From: a virus
Taxonomy: Duplodnaviria > Caudoviricetes
DNA length: 64,000 bases
Strand: one strand, 5' to 3'
IMG/VR virus record: IMGVR_UViG_3300033519_000155
Span: 22,925 to 86,924 of that record
A program made the translations under genes and the position numbers. The notes below the pieces were generated by a model. The model ran no database searches, had not been told where the DNA came from, and was given only the letters and a program-made list of their open reading frames with translations. Below are positions 16,566 through 24,395 of the stretch, one piece after another (position 1 is the first letter of the stretch; each line of letters starts with the position of its first letter).

Positions 16566-17172
16566 AGGGTGTAAAAAAGAACTAAGTAAAAAATTAGTTA
16601 AAATATCCACTGGAGAATGTGTTAATTGTAATTGTGAAAAAGAAGAACCTAAAACTAATAAAATTGAATACCCTTCCCCTAGTATTTGCCTAAAATGTCA
16701 GAGTCTATATTTAAGGCATGAAGTAATGATAGATTTTGGAGTTTGCAAAACTTGTATTACTGTTGCTAGTTTAAATGATAAGTATATTTGCCACAACTGC
16801 TATAAGGAAGTAGAAGATGTGGGAGAGGTCACTGGTTGGTGTATGGATTGTAAGTCTAAACCGTATTCAGTTCAAAAACTTGCAGAAGGTCTATACCAAT
16901 GTGCTGAATGTCAACAGATAGTTTTAGAATTAGCATTAAATGGACTAAGTAACTTATGTATTTCTTGTCATAAGAAAAAACTATTTGGTGAAGAAACTAA
17001 AGAGGTATGGAAAGAAATCATTACTATAAGCTATGAAAAAATAACAGAAGTTGCAGCAGATTACGTTCTTGCTAGTCCTCACAGATGTAATGGGACATGG
17101 TTAAAGGGATTTGCAGAAGGTCTGGAGTTTGCAACAAAAGAAGCTCAGAACCAGATAGACAGGAGGAAATAA
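16555..17172 (+). CDS. Multi-zinc-finger protein (four tandem CxxC...CxxC units)
   Basis: CEGC/CVNC, CLKC/CKTC, CHNC/CMDC, CAEC/CISC. Confidence 0.8.
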   Translation: MNCEGCKKELSKKLVKISTGECVNCNCEKEEPKTNKIEYPSPSICLKCQSLYLRHEVMIDFGVCKTCITVASLNDKYICHNCYKEVEDVGEVTGWCMDCKSKPYSVQKLAEGLYQCAECQQIVLELALNGLSNLCISCHKKKLFGEETKEVWKEIITISYEKITEVAADYVLASPHRCNGTWLKGFAEGLEFATKEAQNQIDRRK

Positions 17173-17173
17173 A

Positions 17174-17608
17174 ATGAAAAAACTAGGTAAAGTCCAAAAA
17201 TTAGTGCTAAAAGAGTTTGCAAAACTTGAAAAGAGAATAGAAAAAATATTTGAAAAAGCAGAAAGAGAAGGTCTAGAGAAACTAAAAGCTAATGGAATAG
17301 TAGTAAAACCATCAAAAAGAATAGAAAAACCTATAAAGATAGCAAAAAACCTAAAAAACGCAAAAGTAGGTGATTATGTTACACTTAATACAAAAATACA
17401 AGAAGAACAACCTAAAAGAGTAAGTCGAGGGGGTGTTAAACCTGTTTGTCAGGTATGCCATTGCATAGTAGAAAACGTAGATGAATACGGAATATGCAGA
17501 GCTTGTTCATCTACTATGGATGCAAAAAATCTAAGGGAAAAACTAGACCATGAATTTACTAAAATGGGGGGATTTGCCCTATTTGAACTAGAGGAAGGGA
17601 GATACTAA
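17174..17608 (+). CDS. Basic hypothetical protein with one CxxC...CxxC finger
   Basis: CQVC...GICRAC. Confidence 0.8.
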   Translation: MKKLGKVQKLVLKEFAKLEKRIEKIFEKAEREGLEKLKANGIVVKPSKRIEKPIKIAKNLKNAKVGDYVTLNTKIQEEQPKRVSRGGVKPVCQVCHCIVENVDEYGICRACSSTMDAKNLREKLDHEFTKMGGFALFELEEGRY

Positions 17609-17609
17609 A

Positions 17610-17735
17610 ATGACAGAGTTTGAAAAAGAAGTATTAGGAAAAGTAGATAGAATTTGCAGAGTTGCAACATACATATTCGCTTTACTTCTATTGGACATAA
17701 TAGGAAGTATTATATTTTTCTCAGCACCTAAATAA
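17610..17735 (+). CDS. 41-aa membrane peptide
   Basis: Hand-translated MTEFEKEVLGKVDRICRVATYIFALLLLDIIGSIIFFSAPK; followed by a terminator. Confidence 0.7.
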   Translation: MTEFEKEVLGKVDRICRVATYIFALLLLDIIGSIIFFSAPK

Positions 17736-17740
17736 CATGC

Positions 17741-17775
17741 AAAAAGACTGGAAAGAGCAGTAATCCAGTTTTTTT
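17741..17775 (+). terminator. Terminator of the plus-strand operon
   Basis: ACTGGA/TCCAGT stem plus T-run. Confidence 0.7.
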
Positions 17776-17847
17776 ATTTTTAATTATAATTATATTTCAA
17801 TCACTAATAGTATAGCATAAAAGGTCTAAAAATCAATATGGAAATTT

Positions 17848-17883
17848 AAAAACCTCTCGGTTAATTACTCCGGGAGGTTTTTT
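17848..17883. terminator. Bidirectional terminator
   Basis: AAAAACCTCTCGG/CCGGGAGGTTTTT. Confidence 0.8.
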
Positions 17884-17937
17884 GTGAGAAAGGGGAAAAA
17901 AAGACGAACTGGATAGTGTATATATTTTAGTATCTAT

Positions 17938-17966
17938 ATATTATCACAAGGTTTATTCTTTTTCAA
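17938..17966 (-). promoter_or_regulatory. Putative leftward promoter for an ORF-less ~85-nt RNA
   Basis: TTGAAA-17-TAATAT with TGn; terminator ~85 nt downstream. Confidence 0.5.
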
Positions 17967-18173
17967 GAGGTAATTTTAAATTTCTAAAATACCTATCCCG
18001 AAATAGAAATTTTCCAGAGAGAAACGAAATCTTTTAGGGGTAGGTGCTTCTATAACCTCTTAAAAGGTCAATTATTACCTTCAGATATTCTAATGCAACT
18101 GAGAGCTTCACAGTTCGTTTTACGAGGGGTATGCTAAAAAGCGGTCGCTTCCCATATTTTTTATTAACTCTCT

Positions 18174-18286
18174 TAGTATATATACTATTAATTTTAATGT
18201 TTTTATTCATTTCTTTTAATTATTCCTTATATCTATTATCTTTTTCTTATATTAATTATTTATTTTATTATTAGTATATATACTAA
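18174..18286. repeat. Two copies of the palindrome TAGTATATATACTA in a very AT-rich tract
   Basis: 18174-18187 and 18272-18285 (the latter extends to 16 bp). Confidence 0.85.
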
Positions 18287-18421
18287 GTAATATTATTTTA
18301 TATTAATTATACTATCAATATATCCAGTTCTTGCAACATATAAAAAATAATATACCTATACCTCCGGGATTACACCTTTATTTAAAAATTTACTATAAAT
18401 ATTATAATAATGTGAAATTTA

Positions 18422-19882
18422 TTATAATAATATTTCTTCTGTTATAGGAACTAAATGTAAAGTAGTTAAATCCTCTGAGTATTTAAACATTCTCCCATAA
18501 CCAATAAAATTTTTATAAGGAGAAGCTTTCTTTCTTGCTTTTCTTGTTTTGTAGGGTTTCCGTTTCTTTCGAGGTTTAACTATTATTTCCTCAGATATGA
18601 TATGTGGAGTATAGTGTTTTTGATAAAGTTCTTCTTGTTCTGGTGTCAGGGGTAATGTTTTTTCTACACTGGGAGCTATTGTTTCAATAACTCCAGTTCT
18701 AGCATCTCCACAAGGATAAGTTTCACTCTTTTCCTTGCTTCGTGGAATTTCTTCCTTTACGGTATTACCGCAGGTTGCCGCACACAACATTCGATTTTTA
18801 AGGTTACGTGCAGAATTAACATTACGGTCTTCCTCCATACCACAATTTGAACATTTATAAACACGTTCATTTAACTTTTGTTTTTGCTCTGCTCCACAGC
18901 AGGAACAAATTTGACTTGTCTTATATTCATCAACAAAATAAACAGTTCTTCCTTCACGCTCTGCTAAAGTCTTAAAGGTGCGTAAGAACAAATCTTTTGA
19001 TGGCATAACCATATTTTTATTACCTACAAATATCTGTCCTTCGGGATTATGCTGGAGAAAACTGTGGATTTTTTCTTCATATTTTCTTTTTAGGTATCTC
19101 TTTACTTTACGTTCCAGTTTATCAATTCTTATTGCTAAATCTCTTTTCTTACTGTTAGATAAGTATTTATGATTATTTTTAGTTTTAAGAAGAGTTTTCA
19201 GGTGTTTTATTTTTTTGTTTGACCTGTCTAAATAAGGTATTATTTCAGGGGCAGTTTCCTTATATCCTTTGTCTGTTGTGATTAAGTCTATTCTGCCACA
19301 GTCAACAAATATTTTTTCTATGTTTTCAGATATTTCTATTGAATATGGGATATGAAAGTTTAAAAAGATTTCATTTGTATTTTTATTCTGGTAAACCACT
19401 AAATCTGTTATTTTACACTCAGGGACAGGGTGCTGTAAGTTAACAGTTATATTAGATTGGTTTTTTCCTGTATGCAAGCTAATAGTGTATTTGTCTATTA
19501 GGGTAAATGCTTTACGAGAGTAACGCATCGCAAAAATATATCCGGGTTCTTGCTGTTTTAACTGTTTGGCAGTTACAGCGTTACCCCGAATATCTCTAAA
19601 AATATTACTATAGACATAGCTTGATACTAAAGATGATTGTTCAAACTTACGTATATGTTGTAAGGAATTGCTTTTTAAATGATTGAATATTTTATTATTC
19701 TGTAAATCTGATGGGTTCTTTACACTGTTACAGAAATGGTTATAAACCTCTCTACAATAGAAGGATAGTCTGATTAACGTATTATGTAAATCTTTTGTGT
19801 AATAAGCTTTTATACTCTGAGTTTTAAAACCATCTATTTTCATTAAATAATTTTTACACCTTTTATTAAAATCTGTTGACAT
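18422..19882 (-). CDS. tnpB: Orphan TnpB-like protein, probably nuclease-dead, with long C-terminal extension
   Basis: RuvC-I IFVDCG; canonical RuvC-II E replaced (IFVGN) with alternative E in VDEYKTS; Zn finger CSCC/CSNC; RuvC-III DRNVNSARNL; no tnpA; alternative start 19843. Confidence 0.88.
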   Translation of the reverse strand: MSTDFNKRCKNYLMKIDGFKTQSIKAYYTKDLHNTLIRLSFYCREVYNHFCNSVKNPSDLQNNKIFNHLKSNSLQHIRKFEQSSLVSSYVYSNIFRDIRGNAVTAKQLKQQEPGYIFAMRYSRKAFTLIDKYTISLHTGKNQSNITVNLQHPVPECKITDLVVYQNKNTNEIFLNFHIPYSIEISENIEKIFVDCGRIDLITTDKGYKETAPEIIPYLDRSNKKIKHLKTLLKTKNNHKYLSNSKKRDLAIRIDKLERKVKRYLKRKYEEKIHSFLQHNPEGQIFVGNKNMVMPSKDLFLRTFKTLAEREGRTVYFVDEYKTSQICSCCGAEQKQKLNERVYKCSNCGMEEDRNVNSARNLKNRMLCAATCGNTVKEEIPRSKEKSETYPCGDARTGVIETIAPSVEKTLPLTPEQEELYQKHYTPHIISEEIIVKPRKKRKPYKTRKARKKASPYKNFIGYGRMFKYSEDLTTLHLVPITEEILL

Positions 19883-19904
19883 TTTTAATTGAATAAGGTA
19901 TAAA
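19876..19904 (+). promoter_or_regulatory. Promoter divergent from tnpB pointing into non-coding DNA
   Basis: TTGACA-17-TATAAA. Confidence 0.75.
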
Positions 19905-19910
19905 TGATGT

Positions 19911-20058
19911 ATAACCTTTTTTCAATTTTTGTCGGATATTAGTTGAAAAAGGGTTGCTTGATTTTAACCCCTTATTTTCATCTAGTTTAGTGTAACGAAT
20001 ATTTTTATCCTATCATACATTTTTTAGATTGTAAATAATGTTTTAAAACTTTTTTTAA
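19911..20058 (+). ncRNA. Candidate TnpB-associated RNA (5' hairpin, 24-nt segment matching the portal promoter, U-tract)
   Basis: 15-bp stem 19913-19927/19941-19955 at predicted +1; 24-mer at 20014-20037; T-run near 20051-20057. Confidence 0.4.
20007..20035 (-). promoter_or_regulatory. Probable tnpB promoter
   Basis: TTTACA-17-TAGGAT with TGn; -35 and spacer identical to the portal promoter. Confidence 0.7.
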
Positions 20059-20171
20059 ATTGTCGTTATATTATGTAAAATACAACGAGAAATAAATAAA
20101 AATTCTTTTCTCTGCCTCACGTAAAGAAAAGAATAAAACCGTTAATTTTTTAATGGACTGTCCTAATATAA

Positions 20172-20226
20172 CACAAAAACCCATATGTTACAAGTTCGAC
20201 TTACTTATAACCCTATGGGTTTTGTG
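20172..20226. terminator. Long hairpin downstream of endolysin (late-operon terminator or RNA scaffold)
   Basis: CAC-A-AAAACCCATA/TATGGGTTTT-GTG stem with inner pairing. Confidence 0.6.
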
Positions 20227-20292
20227 GATAATTAAATTTTTCAATTAATTTAGATGTCTGTATCTAAATTATAGCACAGGAAACTGTTAAAA

Positions 20293-21198
20293 TCAACATC
20301 GAGAGAGAATATCCCTTGCATATTTTACACCTACGGAATTCAATCCCTGATTATATGCTATGCTCATGACCATAGCATGTTGTCGGTTAAATTCCGCTAG
20401 TTGAATTCTTGAAAAAATCTGTGTTCTTATCCAATCCAGATAAAAGCAACCACAGTGAATATTTATATCTATATTAAAAGGGTCTGACCCTTCCGGGAGA
20501 TTTAATTTCTTCAAGCACTCTTCAAAAGTTGCAGGAAGAAGTTGCATTAATCCTTTTGCATTAGAGGAGGAAACTGCTCTAGGATTAAAGGAACTCTCTC
20601 TTCTTATTACATTAGAAATATAAGAGTTTTTCTGAGTTCCTAAAGGGTTTAAAAAATATTTTTCGGAATACAGGGAGATTGCTTTATTTATTATTTGCAT
20701 TTCTGTATCTATATGAGGACTAAACACAGGGACAATAGGTTTTAGTGTATGCCTTTGATTGTAATACCATAAAGCTTTATCTCTAATTAGCTCATAAACA
20801 TTCTTTTCTTGTCCTTTAAGATACTTTCTGCAATCCCATCGTTCTGAGGGATAACCGTCTAATTGAGCAAAATGAGCATGGTCGTAAACATCTTCAATAG
20901 GTATGTCGTGTTTACTCATAAGATTAGCAACTAGGGTTGCAGCAAGTTCTATTTGCTCTAATCGAGGAGGGCAATCCCCATCTGTTTTTTCAGTCATATT
21001 AAGTCCAGAGCATATAGTAACACCAATATTATCTGTATTTCTTCTCCAAGTATGAGCTAAAATATCATCGTCAGAGTCACACATCTGAACTACTTTAGCT
21101 TTACCTAATTTTTTATCAAAAGTAATTGAATAATGATAATCAGGAGAGCAATATGTATAGTTCCCGGCACTCCAATGTAATGTTACAATTTTACCCAT
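20293..21198 (-). CDS. Endolysin: amidase-like N-terminus plus SLT lytic transglycosylase
   Basis: LHWSAG...YHY...HTWRRNTDNIGV; RRESSFNPRAVSSSNAKGLMQL, AYNQG. Confidence 0.9.
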   Translation of the reverse strand: MGKIVTLHWSAGNYTYCSPDYHYSITFDKKLGKAKVVQMCDSDDDILAHTWRRNTDNIGVTICSGLNMTEKTDGDCPPRLEQIELAATLVANLMSKHDIPIEDVYDHAHFAQLDGYPSERWDCRKYLKGQEKNVYELIRDKALWYYNQRHTLKPIVPVFSPHIDTEMQIINKAISLYSEKYFLNPLGTQKNSYISNVIRRESSFNPRAVSSSNAKGLMQLLPATFEECLKKLNLPEGSDPFNIDINIHCGCFYLDWIRTQIFSRIQLAEFNRQHAMVMSIAYNQGLNSVGVKYARDILSRC

Positions 21199-21314
21199 AA
21201 TTACATTCCTTTCTTATTTTACTAATTTTAATTTAAGAAGTATTCTAAATATTCCGTAATAAAAGAAAAAAGCAATTTGCATAATTATAAATAGAACACA
21301 TCTTTTTATAAAGG

Positions 21315-21722
21315 TCATTTCTTTATTTTTCCTATAAGAACATTTATCCCATTAACTACATTGGAAACAGACTCAGGGAAATTGAATTTTGTGTGTTCGA
21401 GTTCAGGAAGATTTGCCTGTGCAACTTTTACTGCTTTTTCAAGTTTCTGTTCAGAACTCATTCCGAAAGGCATAGAAATTTCTTCGGCATATCTTATACC
21501 TTTTAAAAGTTCATTAAGAATTTTTGGTTCATGTTCATTTATTTTTGATACTGCATTTTTGAAGGGTTGATAAGGAACTGCATCTGCCACTGTTCCTAAT
21601 ACTTCTCTAATAGCTTCATCTTTGCTATCTACGTAATTAAGGAAATCTTTTACTGTATCTTTTACACCTACGTATTTTTGAATTGTGTCTCTCATTTCAT
21701 TAACTGTTTCTATAAAACCCAT
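21315..21722 (-). CDS. Lysis-associated protein resembling the soluble part of LL-H-type holins
   Basis: GIRYAEE...SEQKLEKAV motif; no clear TM helix; precedes endolysin. Confidence 0.45.
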   Translation of the reverse strand: MGFIETVNEMRDTIQKYVGVKDTVKDFLNYVDSKDEAIREVLGTVADAVPYQPFKNAVSKINEHEPKILNELLKGIRYAEEISMPFGMSSEQKLEKAVKVAQANLPELEHTKFNFPESVSNVVNGINVLIGKIKK

Positions 21723-21736
21723 TAATAAACACTCCT

Positions 21737-23326
21737 TTAATCTAATGTAAAATAAAATGTTGTTCCTCTGTCAGGTTCGCTGTCAAACCAAATATTTCCT
21801 CCATGTTCTAAAATTATTTTCTTTACTAAAGAGAGTCCTATACCTGTGCCGGGATACCTTTTAGAGTGAATTCTAAAGAAAGGTTTACATAGATTTTTTG
21901 CACTCTCCATATTAAAACCAATTCCGTTATCACTAATAAAGTAAATATCTTGGTCTCCTGTATTAGACTTACCGAATTGAATTTTTAATTTTCTGTAAAC
22001 ATCTCTATACTTTAGACTATTACTTATAAAATTTTCAAACACCGAGCGAAATAATGTTTCATCTACTTCTGCATATAAATCTTCTTGGATAATTATTTCA
22101 GGAAATTCCCTTGTGTCGAGTTTTAACAGGGTGTTGTAACACTGTTTAAATAATAAACTCAAATTTACTTTTTGAATATTGAGAGAAGCTTTCCCGATTT
22201 TTAGAAGTCCTATGAGTGAGTGAAGAGTTTCTAATATATGGTGCAGTTCTAAATGAATACTGCCCATAATTTTCATATGTTTTTCGCAGTTTTTTTCTTC
22301 CTCATTTAGCAATAGATGAAAATACTGGTCTATTGTTTGTATGGGTGTTTGAACATCATGAGATAAAGCGGAAACATAATTTTCCAGTTCAAGATTTTTA
22401 TATGTAATTTCTTGGGTTCTTTCGGTAATAGTTTCTTCTAAATTTTCTTTTGCCTGTATAAGAGTATCTTCAAATTGTTTTTTAAGTATATAGAACCCTA
22501 CTAATTCTGCACAAATTTGTAGAATATCAATAATATCCTGTGATATGTTTAGTTCTTCAACGGTATTATCAAATTCTAAAAATCCCCATAGCTTATCTTC
22601 TATTATTATAGGTAATAATACTAAAGTTCTTACTTCTAAACTTTTTAAGAAAGCAAATTCTTCCTCAGAAAGATGCTTTGCATGGGTAATAAGTGGTCGT
22701 TTTTCCTCACATAGTAATTTTAAAGTTTTAAAGGTATCACAGTCTATTTTTTGTAATTTAGGGTCTAACCCAACAAAACGAATTCCTGTTTTACAGGTTT
22801 CAATAATTTTTTGTAAGTATTTTTCTTTTTCAAAATACTGAAATATACAACAAGAGGTAAATGCTGAAACATCAAGCATATGTTTTAATCCTGCTTCTAA
22901 TGCAAGAATAAGTCCACCATTTTTTAAGAGTGCCTTAGAACATTTGTATAAAGCACTCTTATAATTTAATAAAGTTTTTAGCTTTTTTTCTGATAAATTT
23001 TTAGTTGTAACGTCTTTTACAGCTACTAAAAAATAATCTTTGCGTGAATTACTTATATTAGCTACTTTAAACTCTCCGTAAAATTTTTGTCCACCTTTTT
23101 TTATTTGAACTGCTTCAAATTCTGACATTTCTTTAGTTATTTTATTTCGGAAAATAGAAAAATCATATTCTCCTATTAAACATCTTTTGTCTAATCTATA
23201 GAGAACTTCTGCTTTTCTATTTGCATATGTAATCTGCCCTTTTTCAACAACAAATGTTGCTTCAGGATACTCCTCAAAAATTTCATAAAAATTGTCAATC
23301 TTTTTCCTAAATAGAAACCCTAGCAT
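21737..23326 (-). CDS. Cytoplasmic sensor histidine kinase (PAS-GAF-HisKA-HATPase_c)
   Basis: PAS (EEYPEATFVV...ITYANRKAE); GAF (LVLLPIIIEDKLWGFLEFD); H box SHDVQTP; N box NFISNSLKY; G1 DNGIG; F box; G2 GTGIGL; ATG 23326 preferred. Confidence 0.95.
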   Translation of the reverse strand: MLGFLFRKKIDNFYEIFEEYPEATFVVEKGQITYANRKAEVLYRLDKRCLIGEYDFSIFRNKITKEMSEFEAVQIKKGGQKFYGEFKVANISNSRKDYFLVAVKDVTTKNLSEKKLKTLLNYKSALYKCSKALLKNGGLILALEAGLKHMLDVSAFTSCCIFQYFEKEKYLQKIIETCKTGIRFVGLDPKLQKIDCDTFKTLKLLCEEKRPLITHAKHLSEEEFAFLKSLEVRTLVLLPIIIEDKLWGFLEFDNTVEELNISQDIIDILQICAELVGFYILKKQFEDTLIQAKENLEETITERTQEITYKNLELENYVSALSHDVQTPIQTIDQYFHLLLNEEEKNCEKHMKIMGSIHLELHHILETLHSLIGLLKIGKASLNIQKVNLSLLFKQCYNTLLKLDTREFPEIIIQEDLYAEVDETLFRSVFENFISNSLKYRDVYRKLKIQFGKSNTGDQDIYFISDNGIGFNMESAKNLCKPFFRIHSKRYPGTGIGLSLVKKIILEHGGNIWFDSEPDRGTTFYFTLD

Positions 23327-23340
23327 AGAAACACCAACTT

Positions 23341-23754
23341 CTATTTTCCACCCGGAAAGAATTTTTCCCAATTTGTTAAAATATAAATGACTATTGCTCC
23401 AAATCCACCACCAACAGCATATAATACTTTTTGATACCACGCAATATTATTGTCCTGTTGTTTATTTCCGTTCCTTACCATCTCCTGTAATAATTCTATA
23501 TTAGCGTTCTCGGCAGTTCTAACAGCAAGGTCTTGTTTTCGAGCAATTTCAGCTACAACAGCAGTTAGTGTATTTACTGCGACTTTCATTTCAACTATAT
23601 TACCAGAAAAATACTCATACGCTCGAACCATCATAGCAATATCCTGATTGCTAATATTCTTATTTGGGTCTATTTGAGTTATTGGTGTCTGCGTGTTCTG
23701 TAAATTTGTCTGAGAGTCCAAAGCTGTCACCTCTTTTGTATATTGTATTTGCAA
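23341..23754 (-). CDS. Putative holin (XhlA-like: coiled coil plus C-terminal TM helix)
   Basis: WYQKVLYAVGGGFGAIVIYIL hydrophobic segment; lysis context; alternative TTG start behind GAGGTG. Confidence 0.6.
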   Translation of the reverse strand: MQIQYTKEVTALDSQTNLQNTQTPITQIDPNKNISNQDIAMMVRAYEYFSGNIVEMKVAVNTLTAVVAEIARKQDLAVRTAENANIELLQEMVRNGNKQQDNNIAWYQKVLYAVGGGFGAIVIYILTNWEKFFPGGK

Positions 23755-24379
23755 ATCCTAATAGATTATCACGACTGGAATTAATTTCGTCAAGAGATAA
23801 ATCACCATAAAAACATAAAGGTGAAGAATTTCTTTCTTTCTGTTCATTCGCTGCCCAAGTTCCACTCCATTCATCAGGAATATCTAATTTAGTTTTACTT
23901 AATTTTTCTTCTGTTTTTCCAAAATCGCAATAAGAAAGGGCATCAGCAAAAGTTTTTACAGGTTTTGTTACTTTTATACCTTTAAAAACATTATCTAATG
24001 CTTTAAGGTCAAAAGGTTTATGTAAGTAATCTACAATATTTAATTTCTTCATTATAACTTCTGAAATTGGACATTCATCACTAAAACCAGTCATTAAGCA
24101 AATTTTAACATTTGGATTTATTGCATTTAAATATTTAACAACATCTTCACCTGTCATTCCCGGCATACGATAATCTGTGAGAACTAAATCTAATTCTTTA
24201 GAGTGTTCTTCAAAATAATCAATACCCAATTCTGGAGAAAGCATTGTTATTATTTCATAATTATCTTCAAATACTTCTTTCATTACTTGGAGGAAGAAAA
24301 TATCATCATCTATCATTAGTATTCTTTTTCTATTACAGTTAATTGATTTATTAATTTTATTTTTTCCTTTTATTATCAT
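23660..24379 (-). CDS. Response regulator (REC plus unrecognised ~100-aa C-terminal region)
   Basis: ILMIDDD, LTDYRMPGMTG, LMTG, HKPF all intact; AGGAGGT SD before ATG 24379. Confidence 0.93.
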   Translation of the reverse strand: MIIKGKNKINKSINCNRKRILMIDDDIFFLQVMKEVFEDNYEIITMLSPELGIDYFEEHSKELDLVLTDYRMPGMTGEDVVKYLNAINPNVKICLMTGFSDECPISEVIMKKLNIVDYLHKPFDLKALDNVFKGIKVTKPVKTFADALSYCDFGKTEEKLSKTKLDIPDEWSGTWAANEQKERNSSPLCFYGDLSLDEINSSRDNLLGFANTIYKRGDSFGLSDKFTEHADTNNSNRPK

Positions 24380-24395
24380 TATTCTTACCTCCTTT

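Noticed and set aside
18605-18632. Guide after an IS-like TCAA end inside tnpB matching the P2 region (GAGTATAGT at 14306-14314)
   Set aside because: Only 9 nt; expected by chance in AT-rich DNA.
18422-19882. Active IS200/IS605 or IS607 element
   Set aside because: No tnpA or serine recombinase, no recognisable end structures, and RuvC-III Asp is replaced.
20052-20082. dif/Xer site (TTATGTAAAAT half-site)
   Set aside because: No plausible XerC arm at the right spacing.
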